A stretch of DNA of 64,000 bases from a virus (taxonomy: Duplodnaviria > Caudoviricetes): the IMG/VR virus record IMGVR_UViG_3300026549_000064, positions 21,016 through 85,015 of that record; one strand, given 5' to 3'. Made by a program: the position numbers and the translations under genes. The notes below the pieces were generated by a model. That model saw only the letters and a program-made list of their open reading frames with translations. It made no database searches and was not told the DNA's origin. Below, piece by piece: positions 36,401-43,122 of this stretch; the stretch's first letter is position 1; every line of letters starts with the position of its first letter.

Positions 36401-37823
36401 TAATTTGTTCTATGGTTAGAGTGGTGCGATTGGTAAGTTTACCACCTTGATCTAGCGTATCGTAATCTACATTGTTAGTAACGGTATTCTGTTTATCAAG
36501 TATGCCTTCGGTCATGGTGCCGATGGTGCGCTGTAAATCTGGCGGTAAATTTTTGAGTAAGCCGCCTCTTGACATATAGTGCAGTACAAACGGCAAAGTG
36601 TTGCCACCCAGTTGGGTAGCATTTTCTATCATAAGCCGGGTTCTTTCATCTAGCCCGCCACTTACGCGTTCTATTAAACGTTTACCGAATTGTTTAGATG
36701 CTTTCTTGATACCCCAACCAGTTAGCATTCTTGGTATAGACCACCAGTTGAATTCCTGAGGTTTACCTTCGAAATCATTCTGCATTTCGAGGGCATCGCT
36801 CATCATATCCATCATCTGCTGGCCCATGCCCAGTTTATCTAGGAAAGGCTCAATATAATTTTCTTTTATGTTACCGGCCATTTTACCAAAGTAACCCGTG
36901 AGTTTTCCACCCATGGTACCCAGTAGGCCTTCTTTTATTTTTTTACTTATCAGTTCTGATGTAGTAATTTTGTCAGCTTCAGGAAGCGCTGTGTTCTTTA
37001 CAATAGCGTCTAATCTTTCCTGAAGCATCTTGGCAGTTAGCTTAAATGATTCTAGTGTATCTTCTGTGGCATACAGCTGCTTATATTTTAATTCCAGATC
37101 TTTCTTAAGATAAGCAGTGAATGTTCCTCTGATGAATGCTGTTTGGTAAGTAGCCTGATTACGAATGATGCTGAGTATACCAGCAGTTTCTCTATGATGT
37201 ATCTGACCTATACGTCTATCGAAGGTTTTCTCTAATACAGCTTGCTTTTTATCCTCGATACGTTGTTCCTGTTCTGCGCCAAAGATGCTAGCTAACGCAT
37301 TAGACTGGCTCTCATCGCGTATCTGATCTTTACTTTTTTCTTCGTAACCGCCTTCGTCAGGGTTATGAATTTTATCTATTAGAGAAACAATTTTCTTATC
37401 AAGATGAAAAGGCAGTCTTCCTTCAAGGCTAGTTGCTAATTTTCTAGCACTGCGCATGGTAGCGTTGTACGCAGGAACAATTTTGTCAATAGATTCACTG
37501 CGAAGTGTATCCATTTCAGATATAAGATCTTTGCCACCTTCGTAGAGGCTAGATACACTTGGCATACTCTTGTCGAGCTGTTCTCTTATACCGCTACTTG
37601 CGCCATCGTAGGCATTTGTACTAACGTTATCAAGATCTAGGCCGATATTGTGCAATCCTTGGGATATAGGATTTCTGTTTTTCTTGGAGACTTCCGGATT
37701 GTCTTCATAACCGAAGTCGCCACCCATGTCAAGATCTAACGCAGAGTCTAAGTTCTCATCATCAAAATCTTTATTTGCGTCTCTAGTGCTAGGATCTTTA
37801 TCCTTACTGTCAAACCAACTCAT
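24405..37823 (-). CDS. Giant tail/tape-measure-like protein with peptidoglycan hydrolases (phiKZ gp181-like, 4472 aa)
   Basis: Phage-tail-lysozyme domain (GLLGNLQQESG, GYGLAQWT, FERP; ~27405-27900) and M15/VanY D,D-peptidase (SAFRS...Q, PGTSRHETGIAVD; ~26670-27020); Gly-rich hydrophobic segments; position next to the RNAP subunit gene. Confidence 0.85.
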   Translation of the reverse strand: MSWFDSKDKDPSTRDANKDFDDENLDSALDLDMGGDFGYEDNPEVSKKNRNPISQGLHNIGLDLDNVSTNAYDGASSGIREQLDKSMPSVSSLYEGGKDLISEMDTLRSESIDKIVPAYNATMRSARKLATSLEGRLPFHLDKKIVSLIDKIHNPDEGGYEEKSKDQIRDESQSNALASIFGAEQEQRIEDKKQAVLEKTFDRRIGQIHHRETAGILSIIRNQATYQTAFIRGTFTAYLKKDLELKYKQLYATEDTLESFKLTAKMLQERLDAIVKNTALPEADKITTSELISKKIKEGLLGTMGGKLTGYFGKMAGNIKENYIEPFLDKLGMGQQMMDMMSDALEMQNDFEGKPQEFNWWSIPRMLTGWGIKKASKQFGKRLIERVSGGLDERTRLMIENATQLGGNTLPFVLHYMSRGGLLKNLPPDLQRTIGTMTEGILDKQNTVTNNVDYDTLDQGGKLTNRTTLTIEQIIPSYLKTQTKYLEMLATGDKNATELEWDYKQGKLVAGVDYRQQLIRDISGGDSQMMYEKKVKVLDTQKLINSVFDNGNDALYQEINGELQKHADDITKVLTGIAVGDYDIDSEREELMQDVLNDLWDIRSSIEAGKNDFQKNDLFQAAFTSIAAENVLPVVKWFIRVLEKPKGPDDDNSTPYEHVLNTKTADLMWIQIWKYRSEANSRLEEVIYGEIKNGNASQLEKMGIIHRNAYGSWDIERNQALRLVERNYGGSRDIKDLRATKEDLASEGARLKELQKSNDREKTLKKQEKLDRDLETAYYENNNFKTVIDNYLEKHPGKTLIDAIKDPKFRPKLVAMYRNPLFNWVIALTDGSFDKIKSLANKANDKIINLGGQSLLRILSSIDDSLGDISVFLEDKENGVMRDKKNIRDVDILKWLASVKNKKKLLEKFDDNVSFIGFLNQLPNTARKWLRYFQAHPDELDSIKVSEAYAKELNAKASGNDQAAADAVHADFEAGASQESIDLIRKAQSSLDTSIDSKPKNTNAQESSSDGVTFSPNTAEPNSSAGGTINARITTYDNRKLVSNLVRLAQTRNRTLLDIQSGISRLIDTVAHKKSATDKNNRARQESAFDSANVQSIVSNILKENNRTFVDTFSKQLEKYYNTTNINESRSSAVNTTVNNHSDSKYGGRVTGLLETISKNVSVIKDSVKDRKVIIDKISLDDVLPEKFKTIFIDPVVAAVKATALGLSEAVKLGMSAVYTAATGKELLDKNGEKLSWLGSKLGGAGHSALKIGGDIIDSVRDYIKEIKPIEKLKNLATTVTDKVTGGVSQTYSGLSRAYDDVYSSRQKDKSKPLVSGEAFRDGLVVDVKGNKVPTVYDIKGPCYLWDKDKEAVGNMVISTEDIAEGDGLIFADGTPIKSTFLSRFAAKARRAGTIISNITFNIPGKIADAGKFLKEHSRFLWEKKDPFIDVYIIDKNTKDLKRVIAGKDLENNKSTRKYVYKKNGKWVPLTSAYLIEHEIYENTDSGYKVIIDSDDLEAGVYDVDGNRLTRFRGASVIGKVGVASMKVLGAISRSAIKLAKGAGRLLKTAAGKAVDLFSGGLKLLGEGGTAVGNFITSAFTSVVTAFTGIGISRKDLSEIVGDRLLDIYGLLYERLPAGKVNGDNDGNGLRDGSYYDYKKRREEHKKEVKERREANKKKQEEDKKKMAEDGEPNGAAGAAAEAADENNSAGDSEGGGFWSTLGAIFGGQALGGAVSDKLSGAAGSVKEGIRNRANNVRERVKNSKAARRAKAKARLARMRLRHAAGRGVLGAARTVGGLGMKGLGLAGRAAGSILGLGGKALLGTAGMALRLGGGLLGLTGRIAAGILGGPIGWALTLGTIGYQVYNWATDSAATKLLRIPRAKAYGLTVKNWEAFEDLETDTYEAWKNQQEGVDDKRLEQFGEKIDFIGGAEAGGLYDTEGDSDEENKTEYLKKWYKARFLPAYRDYVTVLCQVTKNDGSKQPKADDVDQNNIEAVKTFLDRKLAKYATGVLKDLAPNKKCFAKWLREKLTHKDFQDKERHRKENKEFGNKASKYLGRSGKTFSYAWNEIKHGNVLNGLWAGLKGITQALTGAAKFVIDTAGDLANTDENAYDHAWREAKLVAYNFKKRESGVKQTDALTKTATGAAIGAAALIPHAAAPLAATLLAAHAVRGMFAAEDDLDRITSLEDKAMPIIDQARPDLDRDELKELADDLISTKDMQKHIKDFGGDLTEALDARVDYVATWWGKIFMPIFKSYLKAMRVITKTNVGDKPHINDVPGDLRSQTIEQFKSGAAKYKKKFKLFDLIPTVDGYAKWFMAIDKSAIDRATTYKRTKSLSEKLTDDFRGVGHEFGDSWKKLWDGDVKGSAVSFGRGLRKFAKGAAKAISDMADSLSHLLTGWFDGGSTEKVMWEEVRFKFYHIPDVLGTGEKQKARRLAIENLENEGLKQIEEGKHLSEYAITEFGVAMGLLRPTERSMDAALTKANNYANKHGTYSIGGGAGALLAEIRNQENRQKEYDEKHGGNKEAADKRNEYAKKYLNFWIEKVFIPIFSQYVSTINMYTGRVADDGLLNLIGLNKLNPDDIREEHREDAMKTFKELASKVSKKYSKYELSDKGLDLFIKESEEYAKQLAAGNLKVATPNGTAAAAAIATENKQTKEILKSKINPLADSDEKDTDKGVINAVYKAADQLSQDLIVLNNAPDSDTLAAYLGVNNKDKKVPEKWRSIILGGTSITKKFMLARLKAYSNLLGNIPNAYLNANFQDKENGIWLANFCNAFGLKPGDGFNNKNLEESLLEYQIKHTSDSLEDNISKIAVMLFFTTGNPYALEIYDLLEHTNDRLAYLNPAIYNVRRPGDYTISFLSTRLDHAAHHNSFGQRVEKMDKDQERLLELKDILETWYNIVKEWVAYVVNPIFSFYTTCVNSIANESTNKLPDPEKIPEAKRLGALTIFLTRSEKMSAKATRTYLRDFNLGAGSFAVPVDKIIEEYNKFHAKEDKVNNRASKGHAVYSKKGTAGYKPEEAEETKNTSKEAEGGAGGSKPKKNGSKYDEDPKDMSTSVKALSYFGRLYANEETRKQLSPDIIEAYKKEMDKIFEYAKAHDLPISDAMNSWFVYKKEKGIEDTEKSDTSDHKKMANGGVFSVGRGGVVNAETNLDNITIGEAGTETVLPHKGGGRFNKLVTNAIRSVYGSKTAGVVNEILNGRKATRALLRKGLDKYGLGDVELTPTELILLNLYKRFFPKPLDEENDNAEEENAEGGATYNPSHADLVLGRAAGTRKSGKGATKGNFTDTVVHTYERITGREDPNETYRKYAATAKAIVNDADRRKLAAKIWKYFTARGWSEAAVAGLLGNLQQESGIECVRVQGDLQPNRQESLRYTKEKDANRQAFIDSQRGYGLAQWTYWSRKQALWDFAHSKGKSIGDTDVQIEYLCKEFDDGLMTYPLGKLKSCQSPTNAAIIILLNFERPDPSRRQIEIQHRTQNAVVWYETFGKGKVNKVDTEAALAQNKEVGKNSVENEGAAGKESSNQLFSSDRSDSGIQSVAGAALDLTSGGTSSYSGHSSRNTVLDVHGQGILKPENLHLSSDEIPKDGLDALAKLRSLRTMKGASTSYGGGNWISVAHLNPELIKRLYLAGKLYENAKGKNAKQWTITSAFRSYADQAAIKRKYPNDAARPGTSRHETGIAVDLGDANFGGIKNRAYDRGTVVDELEPYLKALGVIRKYRPGKLNEAQHFELQPGKLPDISALMSESGAEKTVEEGKKEVKELPKTDPAAVKEAEQAQDKTDNKKDTSIDEVVQAKQASTASSNGSVSGVAQPSNEKPTSVAGAALGITSGNSLTAGSATASGTSVDKAIQVKQTDTASSNGSVSGVMQLKDLDVEKDAAKLSSKANEIRKIAEGKKEVKELPKTDPDALKEAEQAKDKTDNKKDTSADEVVQAKQTDTASSNGSVSGVMQPQNKEYTAEDQQNIENGGADSNAVTTSQAKDKTDNKKDTSADEVVQAKQTDTASSNGSVSGVMQLKDQKPTSVASAVPGITSGGFSSTTKLAAGSNTSADEVVQAKQTDTASSNGSVSGVMQPQNKEYTAEDQQNIEQVVSALEATVDELQLFRPYPQIKGEDCSVKIKSLSDELNPIYGARKPAEYKQNLKYSNKALETLDLCIKVLEKYPNHPATKNVLDTAKDTKELLAEWPQYIQEELDSSLAFEKAGAVTPEERTKIVLALNGGADSNAAATSQAKDKTNGHKKMANGGIFALQRGGVVDAETNLDNITIGEAGAETVLPHKGGGRFNKLVTNAIRSVYGSKIARVIGNILGRNGTTSGIVYPDSYRNETRKLLADRSAASTADTEAIVTTEQASRQLESATTNAPKITTNSVANGVSEINNGSANTLAALNYQSTILEAIKNSVTDICKSIKPTETKSGNETVSQPTVHNKTENLADVIVNAMKEGFAAMSEQLSQLLQNNNNAPAAQTSKNTETRRTITTSFPLTTAKRI
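25170..26620 (-). repeat. Mosaic intragenic repeats in the tail protein
   Basis: Near-identical DNA modules encoding TSADEVVQAKQTDTASSNGSVSGVMQ (about 5 copies), PQNKEYTAEDQQNIE (2), EGKKEVKELPKTDP (2), NGGADSNA (2). Confidence 0.9.
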
Positions 37824-37837
37824 AATGGAATACCCTC

Positions 37838-38662
37838 CTACTTGTTACTGCCGGTACTTACATCGAATGATGCGAATAAGAAATGGCACACTGTGTTCAA
37901 CGCAATTTCAGTAGTTTTGAATATGAGATCTACTGTTTCTTTGTCAGCGAAATTAACGTTGTATCGTTGCCATTGGTGAAGTATACTGTCGTCGCAACAG
38001 TATGGCGCATATATCTGCGCTAGACTCATTGACATATCTTGGAATAGAGGCTTGTAGATACGGCCTTTTGGATCAAGTTCATAACTGATGTCATCTAAAA
38101 ATAGTACATCAGTTGTTTTCCACTCATTCTCTGATATTTCTCTGGGATCTTTCCGAATAAAATCGATAGTCGCAATATTCTCTACTTGACTAAGTAGTAT
38201 ATTACGATAAGCCTCCATCAATCTATTCGTTTGGAGAGGAAAGATATTTACCGTTACATGAATTTTTTCAGTAGCTTTAACGCGGTTATTATTCATGCGA
38301 AGAATACGCAATATAGCAGGAAGTGATCCTGACAACGATGTATCCGGACTACGGTTGAACAGATCTTCACCGTATTTAGGATCAGTATACATTTGCTTAT
38401 AATCTTTTTCTTTGTATTTGAGTTTAGGAAAGGCAAATGTAAAACTGCGATTGGGCTTGAGCATGTATTGTTTTAGATTGGCAATTACATAAGGAAGTGC
38501 TTCCTTATCAGTAGCTAGTATAAGTCCAAGTCTGGTATCTTTAAGTAAAGGTAAATCTATATATACTTTCTGAACAGCATGGAATTTACTGTACATGATA
38601 GCTTCGTTAACTTTGTTGATGAGATCATCGTGTTTAGCAACAAAATCAGAAAATGCGCTCAT
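37838..38662 (-). CDS. Conserved jumbo-phage hypothetical protein (274 aa)
   Basis: VYIDLPLLKDTRLG motif; co-transcribed with the tail protein gene. Confidence 0.65.
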   Translation of the reverse strand: MSAFSDFVAKHDDLINKVNEAIMYSKFHAVQKVYIDLPLLKDTRLGLILATDKEALPYVIANLKQYMLKPNRSFTFAFPKLKYKEKDYKQMYTDPKYGEDLFNRSPDTSLSGSLPAILRILRMNNNRVKATEKIHVTVNIFPLQTNRLMEAYRNILLSQVENIATIDFIRKDPREISENEWKTTDVLFLDDISYELDPKGRIYKPLFQDMSMSLAQIYAPYCCDDSILHQWQRYNVNFADKETVDLIFKTTEIALNTVCHFLFASFDVSTGSNK

Positions 38663-38769
38663 GATAATTACCTAATCTAAATTTGTTAAAAGCTTATAAA
38701 TTGTGCGTCATCGAATGGCGCATGGTGTATTATTTATATATGATATAAATCATTAAACTTAAATGGGAG

Positions 38770-40899
38770 ATGCTTATGGCTAAGTTAGCACCGTTTAACA
38801 TAACCATGATAGATCCAGACGAATACGTTCAGCGTAAGCAGTGTTTGCCCGTATCATCTAACGCAATGTATGAGTCGTCTACCGAAAGATTCCATCCAGA
38901 TGGACTGTATTCTGAAGTTATATTTGGCCAGTTAGGATCAAGAGAAAGATTGATACGTCGTGGATTTATGTATCTTAGGACTACTCTTGTTTCGCCACAT
39001 CTTTACCGGCAGATCATGACTCTCAAAGGGTTTTATAAAGATATTGCTGCTGGTAAGCAGTATGCTTACTTTGACCCTAAGTTAAAAGACTTCGTAAGAA
39101 CGTCCAGAGATGATCCTGATTCAGATACAGGATACCAATTCTTTGTATCTAAATTAGATAAGATAGAGTTTCAAAAAACTAATTCAGCGCAGCGTAATGA
39201 TAAAATTACCTTAATCAAAAAATATAAGGATCGTTTATTCATTACTAAATTTATTATTCTTCCAGCAGCTCTTCGTGACGTTAGAATAAACAACGGCAGA
39301 CCTGAATCAGAAAAAATTAACAAGTTATATCTTAATCTGTTAGCTCTTACTAAATCATTACCTGATTCTGGAGCAGATGATCCTATTTTTGATCCTATTC
39401 GGTTTCAGATGCAGAATAAGCTTCAAGAGATTTACGAATACATTCGTAACATGATAGATGAGAAGCATGGTTTCGCTCAGGGAAGATATGCTGCGAGAGA
39501 CATTGTTTACGGATCGCGTAACGTTATAACCTCACCGTTGGTAACTGAAACTAAATCTCCTACAGCACCTGACGTGTTTAGTATAGACGAGGCTCTTATT
39601 CCTTTGTTTGAAGGATTAAAGGCATTAGTTCCAGTAATAGTTAATGTGATGACCACTAAGCTTTTAGCTACTGTATTTAGTGGTGATCAGTCTCGTACAA
39701 TTCCTCTTATAAATGCTAAGACGCTTAGACAAGAATATGTTGAGGTTGACGATAAAACCATTGAGAGATTTACTACGCCAGATGGAATAAACGATATCAT
39801 TAATGATTTCCGTGATAATTCCATGCATTTTAAGCCGGTTACACTTAAACCAGCTAAGGCAGCTTTGGCTGATGGATATGCCGCTGATGAGTATTATCTC
39901 TTTATGATTTATGACGACGGTGATACTGTTTATCAGTTTAGAGACTTGGAAGAATTTAAGCAGGCTTACGCTAGAACAGATAGATATCGCGATGATAACC
40001 CGTATACACATGTGCTCGATAATTATCCGCCGGAAAATTATATAATTGAGGGTACTGGCGCTTTAAGAGCTCACGGCATGGACATCGATCCTCAGGATCT
40101 CGATGTTATCATGAAGCCTGATATGTATCAGCATTTTCTTGAAGTAGCTAAAGCACAAAATGTTACTCCTGATGAATTTGGCGATTATGAAATTCATGTA
40201 GATAATGTAGAAATTCACATGAAGAATAATTGTTATCAAATCAAGACTGATGCTGACTGGGAGAAACTTAAGAGCGAACAAGGTATACAGATAGGGCAGC
40301 ATTATTATATTAAGCCTGAAGTCATGTCAGCCAGATATAAAGCTATAGAAGCTAAAGGCGGTAGACTCAAGGATAAAAGAAAACTAGAGTTTTATAAGTC
40401 TATTATCTTTGATGAGTCTAAAGTTAGACCTATGACTTATATTGAGCTGATGTATATAGCTTGCTCGTCAGCGATTAAGGGTAAACACTTCACTGTAACA
40501 AGATATCCTGTATTGAATATGTACAACATTTATCCAGTTAAGGGGCATCTCATATCAACTGAGCCAAGTAGAGTAGTGAAATATGTATTTGCTCTTAGAC
40601 CTGAATTGAGTGTAACTTTAAGTTCGTATCCAATTATGGGAGCGGTATCTAAACAATCGTTGTCAGTTCATCCTGCTACGTTGGGCCATTTGGATGCCGA
40701 CCACGATGGCGATACCATGAGTTTACTTCCTATCTTGTCTGAAGATGCCAATAAAGAAGTGGCTGATTTCATGCAGTCAACTGCTTCTATACTGGATGAG
40801 AGTGGTAACTTAATTTGGGGATTGACAGCAGGTGGCCAGAGTGTGGTTGTTCCAGTAACTCTGTTCTTCTGTACTTATAGACCTATAGAACAAAAATAA
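38770..40899 (+). CDS. Virion RNA polymerase beta-prime-like subunit (phiKZ gp180-like) with an inserted nucleotidyltransferase-like domain
   Basis: HPDGLYSEVIFG, R.V.GSRNVIT, RYPV, and catalytic DADHDGD motifs; divergent from the gp181-like gene. Confidence 0.85.
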   Translation: MLMAKLAPFNITMIDPDEYVQRKQCLPVSSNAMYESSTERFHPDGLYSEVIFGQLGSRERLIRRGFMYLRTTLVSPHLYRQIMTLKGFYKDIAAGKQYAYFDPKLKDFVRTSRDDPDSDTGYQFFVSKLDKIEFQKTNSAQRNDKITLIKKYKDRLFITKFIILPAALRDVRINNGRPESEKINKLYLNLLALTKSLPDSGADDPIFDPIRFQMQNKLQEIYEYIRNMIDEKHGFAQGRYAARDIVYGSRNVITSPLVTETKSPTAPDVFSIDEALIPLFEGLKALVPVIVNVMTTKLLATVFSGDQSRTIPLINAKTLRQEYVEVDDKTIERFTTPDGINDIINDFRDNSMHFKPVTLKPAKAALADGYAADEYYLFMIYDDGDTVYQFRDLEEFKQAYARTDRYRDDNPYTHVLDNYPPENYIIEGTGALRAHGMDIDPQDLDVIMKPDMYQHFLEVAKAQNVTPDEFGDYEIHVDNVEIHMKNNCYQIKTDADWEKLKSEQGIQIGQHYYIKPEVMSARYKAIEAKGGRLKDKRKLEFYKSIIFDESKVRPMTYIELMYIACSSAIKGKHFTVTRYPVLNMYNIYPVKGHLISTEPSRVVKYVFALRPELSVTLSSYPIMGAVSKQSLSVHPATLGHLDADHDGDTMSLLPILSEDANKEVADFMQSTASILDESGNLIWGLTAGGQSVVVPVTLFFCTYRPIEQK
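39979..40407 (+). other. Pol-beta-superfamily nucleotidyltransferase-like domain inserted in the RNAP subunit
   Basis: YIIEGTGALRAHGMDIDPQDLDVIM fits hhhG[GS]xAxxxxG...DhDhh; C-terminal RLKD; boundaries approximate. Confidence 0.65.
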
Positions 40900-40967
40900 A
40901 AAAAGAAGCAGCCAGTTTCCCAACTGCCTCTTTGCTTATTACTACTGATACTGGCTGCCTTGGACTT

Positions 40968-41279
40968 TTAGTCCTTGGCAGTCAGCATCATGTAATATTT
41001 AGATGGGGCCTCGTAGGCCCACTGTAAAAGGGAGGAGGCAAGCTCCTCCCAAAACCCCGAGAGGCCTTCCGCTCCCTTGGCTGCCTGGAAGGCAGCGCAT
41101 ACAGCGCTGTCCTCCAGTACCCTGCAGTACATCCAGGCGGATGTCCTGGAACGATAAACGGAGTCAATCCGCTTATTGTTCTTGACGTCCTCCTTGTACT
41201 GTAGGAAGACCCTGCGGCCTACGTTAGTGGCAGTAACTGCCACAACAGCTTTGAGCGTTAAAAGTTTTTCATTATTCAT
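40968..41279 (-). CDS. Early hypothetical protein (103 aa)
   Basis: AGGAG SD, own promoter (41334) and terminator; more GC-rich than the flanks. Confidence 0.7.
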   Translation of the reverse strand: MNNEKLLTLKAVVAVTATNVGRRVFLQYKEDVKNNKRIDSVYRSRTSAWMYCRVLEDSAVCAAFQAAKGAEGLSGFWEELASSLLQWAYEAPSKYYMMLTAKD

Positions 41280-41333
41280 AATAAATTTCTCCTAATAAAT
41301 TTATGTTACTAGATTAAATCTAGCTCCATTTAA

Positions 41334-41359
41334 GTAATATATAACTGTTTTTTTTTGAA
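41334..41359 (-). promoter_or_regulatory. Early promoter TATATATTAC
   Basis: Exact phiKZ early consensus. Confidence 0.7.
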
Positions 41360-41425
41360 TAGCTTTGCCGATAGAACAAAAATAAAAAAAAGAAAGGCCG
41401 CGATGTTGCTACGGCCTCTCCCGTT

Positions 41426-41653
41426 TTATCTCTCTACTGCCTGCAGTGCTGCAAGGCAGATATCGAGATCGCAAGATGAAAATCTCATGCGCAGCCGATA
41501 AGCTGCGTCACGGATTTTTTCGTCATTTATTTTTCCAGCTTCGCAGAGGCGATAGACTGCCTCCGCGATATTCTTTATCCTGCGGGCAACAGCGTCGCGC
41601 CGTGCCGTTGTTTCGGGGTTGAATGCCCCGTTTTCAATGGAGAATGCCGACAT
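41426..41653 (-). CDS. Early hypothetical protein (75 aa)
   Basis: GAGG SD before the ATG at 41653; own promoter and terminator. Confidence 0.65.
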   Translation of the reverse strand: MSAFSIENGAFNPETTARRDAVARRIKNIAEAVYRLCEAGKINDEKIRDAAYRLRMRFSSCDLDICLAALQAVER

Positions 41654-41727
41654 AAGCACCTCTTAGGTTTGAAATAAATGAGTCTCAGATAGAGTTCTTG
41701 ATGTCTCATATCTTCTCATTCACCCCG

Positions 41728-41756
41728 ATGATATATATATATATGCATTTGGCCTA
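41728..41756 (-). promoter_or_regulatory. Early promoter variant TAGGCCA-N12-TATATATCAT
   Basis: Upstream TGTAGGCCAA shared with the 47248 site. Confidence 0.55.
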
Positions 41757-41803
41757 CAGAAGATTTAGTGATCTGAATATTGAATGGTTGATATGGAGCT
41801 TAT

Positions 41804-42058
41804 ATGAAAATACATATTAAATTTTCTAAAGATAACGATACTGATGAAAATGCTATTAGTTATTTTGAAATGATGACCGCAACAAAAGCTGGTACTTTAG
41901 GACTATTGCCAGTTGATGAAATTGTGGTAGATGCTAGCTCAGTACCAGTATCTTTTTATAAAGAGTGGTTTTGTTATAAAGTCAATAAGTATTCTAAACC
42001 CACTCTTCAGTTTAGTCCTAAACTCTATGCTAAATTTAATAAGAAACAAAAATCTTAA
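41804..42058 (+). CDS. Small hypothetical protein (84 aa)
   Basis: GGAG SD; 3' end overlaps the dam start. Confidence 0.6.
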   Translation: MKIHIKFSKDNDTDENAISYFEMMTATKAGTLGLLPVDEIVVDASSVPVSFYKEWFCYKVNKYSKPTLQFSPKLYAKFNKKQKS

Positions 42059-42872
42059 GCCATTTCTCAAATGGGTTGGTGGTAAAAGCCAGCTTTTGAA
42101 TAAGCTTTTACTGTTAGTTCCTCAAGAGTATAACACTTATTACGAGCCGTTCGTTGGCGGCGGAGCTATGCTGTTAGCTCTCCAACCTAAACAAGCCGTT
42201 ATAGGAGATATGAATTCGCAGCTTATCAATGCTTATTTACAGATAAGAGATAGGCCAGCTGATGTAATTGATTATATTCAGAAATTTGACTCTGAACCTT
42301 GTACTAAGGAGATCTTCTGTAGTAGAAGAGAACAGTTTAACGATAAAATTAGAGAAGATAAGCTTGATGTCGAGTCAGCTGCTTTAATGGTTTGGATAAA
42401 TAAGCATTGCTTTAATGGGTTGTATAGAGTTAATTCCCTAGGTATATTCAATGTGCCCTGGAATAATAAAACAACAGGTTCGTCTATTTCGATAGAGAAT
42501 CTTAAAGCGGTTTCTGATTATTTTAGTAAGAATAGAGTTACGATAAGAAATAGTGATTTTGAAGTAACCTGTCGTGATATTAAAAAAGGTGATTTTGTTT
42601 ATTTCGATTCGCCTTATGTACCAGTAAGCCAGACATCTAATTTTACTTCATATCAGTCTAAAGGTTTCACTGAATTCGATCATAAACGTTTAGCTGGGTT
42701 TGTTAAAGAATTAGATAAAGCTGGTGTTAAGTTTATGTTAAGCAACAATAACGTTCCAACTGTTAAAGAACTGTATAAAGATTTTCGTATCATTGAAACT
42801 AATGTATCGAGATCTATTAACTGTATTGGTAATAAACGTACCGGTGCTGAGGTAATTATACTGAATTATTAA
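42027..42872 (+). CDS. dam: DNA adenine methyltransferase, Dam (D12 class)
   Basis: KPFLKWVGGKSQL, YYEPFVGGGA, FNGLYRVN, YFDSPY, FMLSN motifs; start uncertain (no clear SD). Confidence 0.9.
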   Translation: MLNLIRNKNLKPFLKWVGGKSQLLNKLLLLVPQEYNTYYEPFVGGGAMLLALQPKQAVIGDMNSQLINAYLQIRDRPADVIDYIQKFDSEPCTKEIFCSRREQFNDKIREDKLDVESAALMVWINKHCFNGLYRVNSLGIFNVPWNNKTTGSSISIENLKAVSDYFSKNRVTIRNSDFEVTCRDIKKGDFVYFDSPYVPVSQTSNFTSYQSKGFTEFDHKRLAGFVKELDKAGVKFMLSNNNVPTVKELYKDFRIIETNVSRSINCIGNKRTGAEVIILNY

Positions 42873-42919
42873 AATTTAAGCAGTGTGCACTACTGGGCTA
42901 CAGCCCAGTAGTGCATTTG

Positions 42920-43108
42920 CTATATACTAGAATCTTTTTTATTACGTTTAACGAACTCGTCAGCCTTAAGTTTGGTATCGAGATACTTTTTATCTTTGTT
43001 ATTGAGATCTTTGTACCAGCGTGAATAGCTGATACGTTCATCAGCCAGCTCAAAATCCAGTTTACCCAGGCATTGAGCTATTTCGCTACGGTTCTTGAGA
43101 GCACGCAT
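42920..43108 (-). CDS. Small hypothetical protein (62 aa)
   Basis: GAGG SD; end of the terminase operon. Confidence 0.55.
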   Translation of the reverse strand: MRALKNRSEIAQCLGKLDFELADERISYSRWYKDLNNKDKKYLDTKLKADEFVKRNKKDSSI

Positions 43109-43122
43109 ATAGTTATCCTCAC

